From Adineta vaga (taxonomy: Eukaryota > Animalia > Rotifera), in contig CP075494.1 of the NCBI GenBank assembly GCA_021613535.1, positions 496,001 through 560,000 of the forward strand: a stretch of 64,000 bases of DNA, written 5' to 3'. Positions within the stretch are counted from its first letter, which is position 1. Each line of letters starts with the position of its first letter. Made by a program: the position numbers and the translations under genes. The notes beneath the pieces were generated by a model that did no database searches, was not told where the DNA came from, and worked only from the letters and a program-made list of their open reading frames with translations. Shown one piece after another: positions 1 through 13,700 of the stretch.

Positions 1-185
1 AACTCAGCCATTTGTTGAGAGATCATTCTCATCTTCGAACTCGACCGAGATATTAATGAGACAATTCTGTGCACAAAGTTTCAGCTCAATCGAATGTAGT
101 TGTGAAGAGTTATCGTGTAAACGGCCGGACGGACGGACATACAGATCGATTATAGTAGTGTACTCACTTTTTGAGTACACAACAA
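1..185 (-). mobile_element. End of HINE/DINE-1-like non-autonomous Helentron-type element (copy of 45013-45197)
   Basis: (CGGA)n microsatellite followed by catacagatcga, then the terminal inverted repeat gtgtactca-ctttt-tgagtacac. Confidence 0.55.
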
Positions 186-208
186 GTATATTGATTGAAT
201 ATATCGAA

Positions 209-336
209 AGGGTGTGGGTGAGGGTGTGGGTGTGGGTGGTTGTGGTTGAGGCTGTGGAAGGATGCAAGCCAGTATCTCTATTCACCCAAACCCTCACCCA
301 CGCCTGCACCTTCATCCACACCCACACCCACACTCT
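209..336. repeat. Telomeric-repeat palindrome (TGTGGG/TGAGGG arm, spacer, CCCACA arm)
   Basis: agggtgtgggtgagggtgtgggtgtggg ... catccacacccacacccacactct. Weaker copies at 512-555 and 584-640. Confidence 0.85.
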
Positions 337-1181
337 AAACGCGTAGTCCCATCAGCGCATGCATCTCCTCCATCAAAAATCGTCACACTAACGAAAATAA
401 CTCCAAAATAAAATCACACAAACAGATAAAAATGAAAATGATTCATACTGTATGTTTCGGTTCTGCGTCACTCTCAATCACACATTGTGAGAATGAATGA
501 AAGTAGACGCAAGGGTGAGCGAAATAAAAATATCCGAAACCCTCACCCTCACCCAAATTTCCTTAATATTTATCTCGGCGCTATGGGTGAAAGTTTAGAA
601 AACTGAAGGATACTGCCATTCACAGCCTCACCCACACCCAACAAACTTTTCCTCTATAAAAAAAAACTTTCTCAATATCTGTTCTGCAAAACAAAATATA
701 GGAACGTGATATAAAGAGAAATCGTGACAAAAAATGATATTTAACAAATTCTAGTAAATATTTCAAATTAATATATATTTTATTATTGATCTTAATCATT
801 CATTGACAAAGAAAATTCATACTTTGTTTTGACATAAAACATGTTCTATGATTCATCAAAGTTCTTACGAATTATGATTTTCATAAACGAAAAATATGAA
901 TTATTTTTACGAACTTAATTAAATTCTATTCAGTTAAACTAATTAAGTTTCTAGACTATTTAAATTCAAAAGGAAAAGCTCTTCGAAAAATATGTTTTCT
1001 TTTTTTCCTATATGATGCCTAGAATAAATAGAGAGAAGAAAGAAAAAGAAAACTATAAATTAAGAGGAAATCAACGATCAATGTCACTTTTTTTTACCAA
1101 ACAAGAATATTATAATCAATTATTAGTATATTCTAACATTAATACAAAACATTTGGATTATAAAACAATATCGTCTCAAAC

Positions 1182-4100
1182 ATGTGCAACTTCTACATAT
1201 TCGTCAGTATTTTTCTGATTCTTATTAATCCAACATCAGGTAAATAGTCTTATTTAGATAGATTTTGTATTTGGTATTTGTCCCACGAACGAGTCCTATT
1301 AATTATTAACCATCTATTCTATAATCCTTTATTATACAATATATTCACGCCATGATACATCTCAATACGAATATTGATTTCTAAAAATGTGTGATATTTG
1401 CGTCTATGTTTAACATTCATAAAAATGAACAGCATTCTATAAAATGAAGGTCAATACTTATACTAGAGAAAACGTCTTCAAATTTTATTCTAAGGTTCTA
1501 TAGAGAATGCAATTCATTTTCAGTAAAATTTTTCTCCTATTAGTCTAAATATTCTATCTATTTTTATATGTTAAAATTGAGATTCAGTTGAAAACTTTCT
1601 TCAATTCAATACAAGATAAGAAAAGCTACAGAATGTTGAACTCTTTTCTAATAGTAGAGAAAAACAAGTTCTGAAAATCGAAAATTATATGTTAGCCATT
1701 TAAATTCAATCCTTTATTTTTCGTTTTAAAATATTTATCTTTATATCAGTTTTAATCTTAATCGGTTATGTATTTATCAATACTACTATAAGACCATATT
1801 AATCATTATCTTATTCTGAATCAGCCAATGTTTTTTTTATAACATAATAAACAAAGTAACAAAAACATTAGTATAACGGATACGACTATGTCGGAAGATA
1901 TGTTTTACAATACTAAAAAGAACTGTACAAAAATAAAAAGCATAGTTCTAGTTTTTCCGAGATTATCATCTACGTTTGTTTATTTTCTCCTAGCTATTTC
2001 ATTCAATCAACCAAAATTTTGTCCAACAGCAGCTTGGAATAGAAATCCAGTCACTTTTGCTAATCAATCAGTAGTTGGTATACGTCCTGGCGCCATCTTT
2101 ATCAATACAAATAATACAATATTTGTCGCTTATCGACAGACAAGTCAGATCTTGATATGGAATGAAAATAGCACTATACCAACTAAGACAATTTCAGGCA
2201 ACTTTTGGAGTCCTAGCTCTATCTTCGTTACACAAAATGGTGATATTTATATCGACGATGGTCTCAAGAATGGTCGAGTACAAAGATGGATCGCAAGTAA
2301 TGACACATTTGTCACTGTCATGAATGTTAATTCGTCGTGTCGTGGTCTCTTTATTGATCTCAACAACAATTTGTACTGCTCGATAAATAATAAACATCAA
2401 GTTGTGAAAAAGTCATTAGATGATCTTGTGATGAAAACAATTCCAGTTGCTGGAACAGGTAATGAAGGATCTGAATCGAATCAACTCAGTAGTCCTGGTG
2501 GAATATTTGTTGATGTTAACTTTGATTTATATGTGACCGATTGTGGCAATCATCGAGTTCAGTTATTTCCATTAGGAGAATCAAATGGAATCACAGTCGT
2601 TGGTGAAACTTCAGCAAGTCGAACAATTATACTCAATTGCCCTAGCGCAGTTGTGTTAGATGCTGACAAATATTTATTCATTACAGATCTCGTTAGTAGT
2701 CGTATTTTTGGCGGAGGAGCATATGGTTTTCGTTGTTTAGTTGGATGTTATAGGGATGGCTCACACACGAACCAATTAGACTCTCCTTATTCTTTTAGTT
2801 TCGATCGATCCGGTAATATGTTTGTGATTGATTCCAGTCACCATGGAATTCGAAAGTTTGTGTTGTTGGAAAGTCCTTGTGGTAAGTTGAGAATTGAATA
2901 TTTTAAGTGAAGAAAAAAGATTTTCTCCACTATGATTATAATATATAAAAAACGGATCAGTTAAATATTTAGACCAATGTGAGCTATGAGATATAGGAAA
3001 ATATATTACGCACAACGATGGATGATTTTACTCAGTTATATAAAAAATAACGTTTCTCAAGAAGACAAAAATAAAAATCCATGCTCTACTTTATTTCTTC
3101 TGGGGGATATTGTATTAATATACAATCATTTCATTTAGAAAAATCTTTCTTTGCATCTCTCTTGGTACCCTTGAATCATGAGTTGTGATATCATTTTCTT
3201 TTGTTACTAATAGAATCTCCAACAGAAATTTCTCTTATATTACATTTGTTTTGTATTAAAGTATTGAACCATTGATATGTGATGATTTCAAGCATCTAAT
3301 TCAGTGAGTATTCTTCTGAATATGGCTGACTTTCATGAGTACATATTTATTATTATCAATAGTGATTAAGTGTTGTCATCGTAGAACGATCGTATTATAA
3401 ATCCTTTTTGTTGGTGACGATGAGGTTCATCAAGATAAATCCATAGTCAAATAAAATAATTTCATTTTATGATCAGAGAATTTTTTGTCATTTATTGAGA
3501 TCGATTAAAGCGATAACACAAAAGTTCTCACATATTAAGCAACACAATTCAATATTTTATTTTATTGTTCAACAAATCCATTTTTGTTCAGTATAAATAT
3601 AATTTCTTTAGAGATTTCGTTGAATATTGTTATGCGTCAGTTATCGTGAAATATCATCGACTCATAATTCTTAAGTCATGATTACGTCGTATCAATGTTT
3701 ATTTTTTATGATAAAATGTGAATTTCATCATCGCTTTATCTTCGACTAAAACATTTTTCTGCGAAGGAACTGAAAATAAATTGGTATCTGATATTTGAAA
3801 CATGAAAATATAGATCTGTATGAGAAGTAAAATTTATTCTTAACTTTTTTTTAATGTAATTCAGGCAGCTTAATACACGAATAATACCGTGACTTTTTAA
3901 ATTGAAAAGTATGAAAAAGGTTTTGCATCTATATTGATTAGAAACACAAAAGCGTCTTTTATTATATCGAATTGAACTTCTTATTGAACACTATAACATG
4001 AAGTAGATTGCGATCGAGTTAAATATAGTACTATACACTTTCTCATAACTGTAGTTGATGATTTCCATTGATGTTTAATGTTTTCTTTCAAAATTGATCT

Positions 4101-7100
4101 AAAAGTCTGTAGAAACTTTTAATATATCATTTTGAATCTTCGAAAAGAAAGGTATAGTTACAAATAAACATTTAAACAAAAGATTCGAATTAACACTTGC
4201 AGATTCTTATCGGATATATTTATTTCCGAAAGTAAATAGCTACATATAGGCGAAAACTAGATGTATGTTGTCAATACCACTTTGTTTTCTAATATTTAGT
4301 TATTTTCTTTAAAAAGACGAATTTCTTAAATTAGTTATTTTTTTAAAACTGTTCTTTCTCTAATCCGTATCCCCTTTCTTTGAGATTCAGATTTTTCAAA
4401 ATAATTGAGACATTGGTTTTATTCATTCTCATTCTTAAATTTTATCTATCTGTCTTTTATTTTTTCTAGTTACTTCTTCTAAACAATTACAATTTTGTCC
4501 AACAGCAGCTTGGAATAGAAATGCAATTACTATTGCTAATCAATCAATAGTCGGTAGATATCCTGGAGCCATCTTTATCAATGCATATAATACAATATTT
4601 GTTGCCAATCAAGAGGCAAAACAGATCTTGATATGGAATGAAAATAGCACTATACCAACTAAGACACTTTCAGGCAACTTCCAGAATCCTGGCTCTATCT
4701 TCGTTACACAAAATGGTGATATTTATATCGACGATGGTCTCAAGAATGGTCGAGTACAAAGATGGATCGCAAGTAATAATACATTTGTCACTGTCTTGAA
4801 GGTTTACTCGGCGTGTCATGGTCTCTTTATTGATCTCGACAACAATTTGTACTGCTCGATAAATATTATGCATCAAGTTGTGAAAAAGTCATTAGATGAT
4901 CCTGTAATGGAACCGATTCCAGTTGCTGGAACAGGTGATGACGGATCTGCATCGAGGGAGCTCAATAGTCCTGGTGGAATATTTGTTGATTTTAACTTTG
5001 CTTTATATGTGACCGATTGTGGCAATGATCGAGTTCAGTTATTTCCATTAGGAGACTCAGATGGAATCACAGTCGCTGGTGAAACTTCAGCAAGTCGAAC
5101 AATTGTACTCAATTGCCCTAGCGCAGTTGTGTTAGATGCTGACAAATATTTATTTATTGCAGATCTCTTGAATCATCGTATTGTTGGTGAAGGAGCATAT
5201 GGCTTTCGTTGTTTAGTTGGATGTTATGGGGGTGGCTCGCAAATGGATCAATTAGGCTCTCCTTATTCTTTTAGTTTCGATCGTTCTGGTAATATGTTTG
5301 TCAGTGATCAACTGAATAGTCGAATTCAAAAGTTTGCGTTGTTGGAAAGTTCTTGTGGTAAGTTGAAAATAGTCGAAGAATTCCAATAGTTTGAAGACAG
5401 AAGAAAGAGATAGACTGGATTTCTATTTTTGTTATATATTTGTGAAGACTTTTAATAAATTCTAAAATAAAAGAGAAATGCAAGAAATATGACAATATAA
5501 GACGTATATTAATCAGATGGATTAACAAAAAACACGAAAAACGAGAGATAAAATCTTGATTGTACAAAAAGATTTGAGAAGTAGTGTAATAAGAGTTAAA
5601 TATTAGTTTATACGTATAATATTGAACACATATGTACATTCAAATGAAGGAATTAAAATTACAGGTTAATAGACAATTATGAACAAGACTGATGAAGCGT
5701 GTCAGTCTTTGTTGGCTTCATATATGAGCAACGAAAGGGACATCAGCGAAAGAAGACGAAAGAAAGAGAGAATAGAGAAAAAGTGACCTTCGTGGGAGTC
5801 GAACCCACATCTTCTGCTATCCGGGCAGATGTCCTAGACCAGTTAGACCAGAACGACCATCTTAATCTCAAGCTTAGCGTTGTGTGATTCACACAAACGC
5901 TAACAGTCTTCTATCGATTCTGATCTTAATTTCAAATTTTTAATTCTGAAATAACTTAGGTTTCGACTATTTATATTTCTACTGAGCAATTGAGTATGTC
6001 GAATGTTAAAGAAGTGAAATACTAATTAAATTTTTATAAATTTTATTTTTATATTCTTTCTTTTATCTTCAGATATTGTACCTAATCAACCCAAGTTTTG
6101 TTCAACAGCTGTTTGGCATCGCAATGGATCTACATTTGCAAATGAAACAACACTGGGATCTAAGCCTCGCACTATTGCGATCGATGCGAAGGATTCCGTT
6201 TATTTTATTCATTCAGAAAGAAATGAGCTTTTGGTATGGTGCAATGATAGTATCAATCCAATAAAAAACATTTCTGGTAACTTCTCCAATCCATCATCCA
6301 TTTTCGTCACAACAAATGGTGATGTTTATATTGATAATGGTCAATTGAATAGTCAAGTCGTTCAATGGACACCAAATACTTTTAAATTTACCACTGCTAT
6401 GGATGTTTTCTCAGCATGCTTGTGTCTCTTTATCGATATTAATTATGATCTCTACTGTTCAATGCATGATCGTCATCGGATTGCGAGAAGGCCGCTATTG
6501 GATCGTTTTATGTCGGTGAACATTGTTGCTGGAACAGGTAGCGAAGGATCCAGTTCGGATGAACTTAATCATCCTAAAGGTATCTTCGTTGACGTAAAAT
6601 TCAATTTATATGTAGCAGATTGTGGAAATAATCGAATTCAAGTATTTAAACCAGAGCAGTCGGATGGTATTACAATTGCAGGTGGTAGTTTATCAAGTCA
6701 AACAGTTACTCTTAATTGTCCAAGTGGAATCGCATTAGATGCTCAGAAATATCTATTTATTGTGGACAGTAGAAATCATCGTATTATCGGTCAAGAACAA
6801 GATGGTTTTCGATGTTTACTCGGTTGTTATGGACAGGGCACTCATTCTACACAATTATCATTTCCATCAACTCTTACTTTCGATCGTTTTGGTAACATGT
6901 TTATTTTAGATCAAGGAAATAATCGAATTCAAAAATTTCAATATTTAGAAAATACTTGTGGTATGTTTTATGAAAAATCGATAGTATATAAAAGAATAAA
7001 GGTGTTAGCTCGTAAAAAAGTAGGATGTAAGTGTGGATATAGAGAGACGACTCCTTCACCCACACTCTTCCACATTAGATTGAATTCTAACTTTTGAATA

Positions 7101-9208
7101 TAATTCAAACAAATTGTGTACTTTGTAAATAATTGATTTTATTTTTGTATTTTATAGATACATCATCGATTACTGACACACAATATCCATCTGCACTGAA
7201 AACCACAAGTGAAATGTATTTTCGACATTGTAACTTCGAAAAATTTTATTATGAAGCTCTTGAGATCTCTGTATCAGAGATCTATTCTTACAATATACTA
7301 AGTAGTAGCAATGACAAAATTAATTTATATGGTTATATCTATGAAAATAATTTCAATCCACTTGCTCCACTTGAAAATTTACTTGCAGAAAATAATGATA
7401 TTAGTGAAACTAACCATCAATTTAAACTTAGAGTTCCTCTTTACGTCAACATTACGTATATTTTAGTAGTAACAACAAATTCTCCTGAAGATATTGGTGA
7501 ATTTAAACTCAATTTCATCGGCTGGAAAAATATCAATATCACGCGTCAAAGTAAGTGAATATATCTTCTTAATTGATGCCATCAATGTAAAATATAGTCA
7601 AACAAGTAGAATTTTTTCTTATTCAAAGTAAAATGTTCATAATAACTTCTGAATATTCTTTCTTTGATTATTTAAATAGTAATACCACTCAACAATCATT
7701 TAAATTATTCATCAGAGTTCACTTTTACTAGTACAATGTATTATCGTGATTGTCGAATACCAAAATGTTACTATGAAACATTAGAAATCAATGTAATTAC
7801 AACAGGTATATATGTTTTATGGAGTGAGAGTAATATGGATATGTATGGATACATTTACAAAGATGATTTTGATTCGTTAAAAACATCAGAGAATTTACAC
7901 TTAGAACATAATGGAACATGTAATGAATATCAATTTAAATTTATTACTAATCTTAACAATTATACAAAATATATATTGGTTATAACAACATATTATCCAT
8001 ATACTATGGGAAAGTTCTCTATTTTTATATCCGGTCCGAATAATGTTAGTCTTAATCGTTTTTGTGAGTATCTCTATAGTTTTTTTAATTAATATAAACA
8101 TATTTTCAACTTGTATATGAACTCTTTAGATCCAAAATTTGGTAGTTGTATTGGTGGTGATCAATGTAATTTTTATGTGAAAAGTGTTGGTTTGACGTTG
8201 GATGATATTTTGCATGATGAACTTCGTTCAAATAAACCTTTGAATGATCAATCCATCTCTATTAAATTAAGTGCAGCTCTAACAATAATTATGTTCGTTG
8301 CAGGTTTAATTAATAGTATTCTTTCTTTTCTTACATTTCAAAATAAAGATGCACAACAAGTTGGATGTGGATTATATCTTCTAGCATCATCAATAACTTC
8401 TCTCTTAACGATTATTATGTTTACAATAAAATTTTGGTTTCTTGTTATTACTCGAATTAATGTTTCAATTATTGATCTATCGGTTTTTCAAAGCGGTTGT
8501 AAATCTATTGAACCTCTTCTCAAACTTTTTCTATATTTCGATAATTGGCTCAATGCTTGTGTTGCTATTGAACGAGCATTTCACGTTTTCAAAGGAATTA
8601 ATGTTAATCGAGAGAAGAGTAAAAGTATTGCTCGATGGATTATTCTTATTTTACCATTCTGTATTATGGGTACTCTTATTCATGAACCAATCTTTCGCAA
8701 ATCCTTTGAATATCCATCAGAAATGAAGAGAAATGAATCAAATCAAACATATACAAACAAAACTGATGAAGAAGTAACAACATATCGGCCAGTACAATGT
8801 ATTGTTGAATATCCTCGTTCTATTCAAGATTATAATACGATCATTTTATTTTTTCATCTTGTTGTTCCATTTATTGCTAATTTTTGTTCAGCTCTCTTCA
8901 TCATCTTTGGTGCTGCTCGACAACGATCAAAAATACAAAAAAATCAAAAATACATAGATCATGTTCGTACACAATTTATTGAACATAAACAAATAATCAT
9001 TAGTCCTATTGTTTTACTTACTTTATCATCACCACGTTTAATCATTGCATTACTTCCTGGATGTATTAAAATATCACAAAATTTATGGATATATTTATCA
9101 GCTTATTTTATTTCATTTATTCCATCAGTGCTTATTTTTATGATATTTGTTTATCCTTCAGAAATATACATGAAAGCATTTAAACAGTCGGTAACTATTA
9201 GTCGTTGA
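1182..9208 (+). CDS. Signal peptide + 3 NHL beta-propellers + 2 PPC-like domains + rhodopsin-like 7TM receptor, about 1525 aa. Exons 1182-1239, 1994-2881, 4470-5357, 6073-6960, 7158-7550, 7680-8063, 8130-9208
   Basis: Exon 1 reads MCNFYIFVSIFLILINPTS. All six introns are GT-AG, phase 1, and join in frame. NHL motifs (PxGIFVD..LYVADCGNxR.Q). The last exon has seven hydrophobic segments with ACVAIERA at the DRY position. Confidence 0.88.
5700..5905 (-). mobile_element. 206-bp LTR-like element (TG...CA) carrying a tRNA-like gene, inside intron 3
   Basis: The minus strand starts TGTTAGCGTTTG and ends CAAAGACTGACA (imperfect terminal inverted repeats). It has a 5' hairpin. No clear TSD. Confidence 0.55.
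5784..5857 (-). tRNA. tRNA-like sequence (non-canonical, nominal anticodon GGA), probably element-derived
   Basis: D arm GTCT..GGAC, anticodon stem TCTGC/GCAGA with loop CCGGATA, T arm GTGGG-TTCGACT-CCCAC, followed by CTTTTT. The acceptor stem has two mismatches in this copy. Confidence 0.7.
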
Positions 9209-10701
9209 CAAACTCATCGACAATAAACGTCGTTTTTACGATACAATATACCGAACTTATTGTCTATAGAGAGGGCATAAAATACTATATCTTGACTTTC
9301 TTATTATTTGCTTATTGCTTGTTCCCATTTTATTTCTAATCAATTTAATAAAAATGAACTCTAAAATCGAACATCTATCTTGAGGATGTGAGTGACGGTT
9401 TTACCACCATTCACACTGACAATCTCTTTTATCAATATCACATACATTTGAATCATTAATCAAAGTTCGAATAACCATTACGCATTAAAATTGTTTTTAG
9501 ATTTCTTTCACTTTTTCTAACTTAGATAGAATATTTTAAGATCCTTTTAGTTTCCAATTTATTATAAATTCTTTGTTCCATTCTTATGTTTTGATTTCTT
9601 TTATTCATATTTGTTATTATTGCTCGTCATTTTTATATTCATATGGTTGACTTTCTTCATCGAAATAGAAAATTCAGAAAAGAAACATGTGCCAAAGCAA
9701 TTTTAGTTAATTCGAGTTGGAAGTGTCATACTTTTGAACACATGTTCGACAGATAGCACAACGAATTGAGGAAAGCTGTCTAACACAGCGTTCCGAGTGA
9801 CATGATTCACATGAAATAGGACATTCATCAATCATTGCTTTTCCTTTATTGAACACTGCAAGAAGAAAACAGTTTTCGTCTCTATCAAGTTGTATTTATC
9901 GCTCTAACTGTTGCCGAGTTAATTGTTTATCATTTGGTGTTGAAGGAAATCTCTATGTTACTGATGTTTGGAATTATTGAATTCAAAGATTTGATTTAAT
10001 TTTTTAGTAAAAGAAGATTTTTGAATAATTTATTTTCGAAGAGTAGGATATGGGTGTTGATGTACTCATTATAAAATTCAAACGATTTTATTTTGAGGGT
10101 GTGGGTGTGGGCGTATTACTGGAAAATAGAATAAACAGTTTTGCATCTGTTTAAACGAACACTAGCGCATATGCAGTGGAAAACAGCAAGTGAATTACCA
10201 TCGGTTATACACACTGCCTTTGGTTCAATAAGATGCTGTGCATCTGAACAAGTCATTGCAATTTCTCGTGCTCTCAAGCCTTATGCCTTTATCTAGTATT
10301 TGAAAGTAAACTCTGTTATATATTTATCATGCTCATTTACCCAGGTCAATAATTCCGATGCTTGATTCGATCGGATTTTGAGTGACGGAATTGCAACGGA
10401 AGCCGACAGATAAATGATTCAGTTGTTACAAATTTTATGAGTATTGTTTTAAACTATACTAAATATGATCCTTCGCACGTGTCAGATCTGACTGTCGTAA
10501 ACTATATAGGATCCTATAAGAAACGGTCATGTGGCATTGTTCGTATGAATGTGATGAAAGAAACTATTGCCAAAAAAAGGCTAAACTCTACCAATGATCA
10601 GAAACAGAATAACAATGGATATCAATTTATTCTTTTATTTTGAGAATATAATTTTCTAATATCATTCCTAACATTCATCTATGAACACGTATTAGAAAGG
10701 A

Positions 10702-13700
10702 TCATTCTTTCAAACATATTAATTTATGTTTATATAGTTTCCAGTCCATTGTTTGACATTTTTTTGTACAATAACGTGCTCGTTTACAATTACCACAGCT
10801 ATAATGCGCATTTGCTTTTCCACAACATCGGCACATATTAACAATATATTCAGATTCATTTTGCATAATAATTGATGAAAAATCATCAATACGAATCACT
10901 GGTTTCTTATCACTTGCACCTATTCGTAAATATGGATTGATAATATTCATTTTATTTCCAATTTGAAATTTTTTTTTAATTAAATATTCTCCTTGTTTTT
11001 CAGGAAAAACATAAATGCATATTTTTTTATAATCACAATGTTCATCTTCTATCATTAATTGGATGGATGGAGTCCATGAATATGCTTCTCCAATAATTGT
11101 AACAGAAAGGACATGTTGTTCGTAAACATGGTCCTTTGTTGAATTCATTTCTTTAAATGTAATAGATTTTAATCCAACCAATGATTTCGCTGTTCGTTGA
11201 GAAAATGAAGCTTTGTATGTAAATGATCCAGAAGCAATAGGGGATTTATTTTTTATTTGTAACAATGTTTTTTGCCATTTACGTTGTTCTACTATAGCTT
11301 CAATCCGAGCTGGATCTTCCAGTCGTGCTTTATTTTCCTTAGCAAGAGTAGACAATTTTGTTTTGATCGAAAATAATAAATCAAGCTGAAGTTTAATAGG
11401 AGTTTTCAAGCTAGAATCATAAGGTAAAAAGCATGGTAGTTGCAGTTTTTCTGCTTCTTCACCCTTTTCGTATATTTTTATAGCGTCTTCTAAACGTTGA
11501 TCGTTTTTTCGCGCCAGAGAGCAGGTAGCCATTGCATAATATGAAGCGGGTACTTTTCGGTGATCCTGAGGTGCAACGGCAAGAAATGCGCGATATGCTT
11601 CGATGGCTTCATCCATATCCTTGTTGAGCAGACGTAATGCACCAGCTTTATCATACAATAACGTACAAGAGTTTGGATCTATTTCTAATCCAAGATTAGC
11701 ATTGTACAATGTATCTTCATAATGTCCTGGGAAACCATTCATTGAGGCACTTGTCTCGAAAAAATGAATTGATTTTGGATATTTTTGTTTGCATAGACTA
11801 AGAAAGTTAATAAGCAATGTTTGCGAATCTAAATTAAGATGAGCATAACATGTTCGAGTATCATCGTCAAGTTGTGACACAGTAGTATTGCATCGACGAA
11901 GAACACGATCTACAAGATCTTCAAGTTTATTGCGTATCTCTAAACTTGGATATTTAGCAACTATATGTTCAATTCGATAACATTGTGAAAGTTTGTGTAT
12001 AATAAGATTCTCTTCATCTTCTGTCAATGTATCATTCTGTGTGAATATATATAATGCTTCTAAAAAATGTCTTAAAGCGTCACTCATAATTCTTGCTGTT
12101 TTTGAACCACGATTGGCATATTCAAGTAACATACGATAATCGTAAGAACTCGATCCATTCATTGCTGTTGATGCGGATGTGGTTTTCTTCATCGAACTGA
12201 AAATTTCGAATATTTTATCACTAATTGGCAATATATCTGGGGAAACTCTACTAAAAATATAATGTTTTGCTTGTAAGTCTTCTTCAAAACCACTATCAGC
12301 TAAAGCAACTATATGACCTGCCTGGCATGCTCGATCATACCATATTTTTGCCATTGGGAACTTAGCTCTACGAGTTAATAGTATTGCTAAATTATACATC
12401 GCATTTGAATCACCTTGTTCAGCTGCTTGTTCAAATATTTGTTCAGCTTTGTCAAGATCCATTATAACACCACTACCATTTTCATATAGTAAAGCTAAAC
12501 TATTACCTGATTGAACATTTCCATGATCAAAAGCACGTTTATACCAACATGCTGCAGTTGCTAGTCTTTTGCTAACCACGACACCTTCAGCATATCGAAC
12601 ACCTAAAGCATGTTCCGCTTCTGCCACACCTGGATTTCGCAAATTTTTTGATTTTGGATACATTGGCGGTTGTGAAGCTGCTTTTTCATAAAGCTTTTGT
12701 GCTAAATCATGATCTTTTTTTACACCTAGACCACGATCAGTCAATCGAGCTAAATTAAACATTCCTTCTGCATTGCCTTGTCTTACTGCTTTTGCAAAAT
12801 ATCTAGCGGCTTCTTCATAATTCTGTTTAACATCGCAATCTCCAAGTTCATATTTATATCCTTTTTCTACATCTGCTAAAGATGAATCATTTTTCTGAAG
12901 TAATTTATAAGTATTATGTATTTCTTCGGGATCTATTCCAAATATACTTAATTGTTCGAGTATTGATTTTGGTTTTGTTTCTATATCCAAATGTTCTTGT
13001 CGTTGTTGTCGACCAAATTCATAATGACTTTCATCCAATGCTTTTTTTACCTCATTGTTTGTAGGATCAAGAGCGAATGCTCGTTCATATGAATTAATCG
13101 CTTTTTCATGTTCATTTAACGCAGCGTAAACCTTTCCCACACGAAAATGTCCTTTCCACCATGAAAGCCAAAGTTTTCGAGCATGTTTTGCATCTTGCAA
13201 TGCACGGTATTGTTCATTCTTTGCATCATCAAGTTCCCACTTTCTACTAAGACCTTCTTTTTGTTCAAACAGTGCAAGACGACTGGCAGCCATATTACAA
13301 AAGAAAATAGCACGATTATGAGCCCCAACACCTGGTAAAACTGTTGCTTTCGTAAAATATTCAATTGCTTCAGAAAATTGACCATCCTTATGAGCATGAG
13401 TACCCAGAGAATTCAACCGTAGTGCTTCTTTTACATTGATTTCATTTATTTCTTCAGTGGATGATTGGAAAATGCTGTCATCTTTGAGTTGATCTATTTC
13501 AAAATTGTTATCACCAAATGCAATTAGAATTGTCGATATATCAATCCACAATTGATTAAATTCAATATTATCAACAGATTTTGATGCACAGTGTGCCATT
13601 TTATTTCGAATATCTCTCAATTGTTCTAAAAGTTTCTTTTCTTCATTAAGTTCTTGTATTTCAATTGAATTTAATGTTGTTGGACGATTACTATAAATTA

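Larger units (their letters stand above)
1..9680 (+). repeat. Segmental duplication copy A (direct repeat of 45013-~54680); left end runs off the window
   Basis: Position 1 (aactcagccatttgttgaga) recurs at 45013. The ORF track is duplicated. Similarity stops abruptly after ...cttcatcgaaatagaaaatt (about 9675 / 54672). Confidence 0.97.

Noticed and set aside
4-346. ORFs 4-333 and 56-346 (and 44933-45358, 45016-45345) with VWVW / HTHT runs
   Set aside because: They are translations of the TGTGGG/CCCACA palindrome and the adjacent repeat element, not proteins.
1888-1993. ORF-track N-termini of the NHL, PPC-like and GPCR ORFs as separate gene starts
   Set aside because: These stretches are intronic. 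Clear acceptors at 1993, 4469, 6072, 7157, 7679 and 8129 join the exons into one frame.
5784-5857. Functional tRNA-Ser(GGA)
   Set aside because: It has C33 and U37, no long variable arm, and a mismatched acceptor stem. It is embedded in a repeat-like shell. ORF 5699-5887 is just its antisense.
10338-10600. Repeat-like segment starting tacccaggtcaa
   Set aside because: It is possibly a MITE end, but no matching second terminus is in the window.
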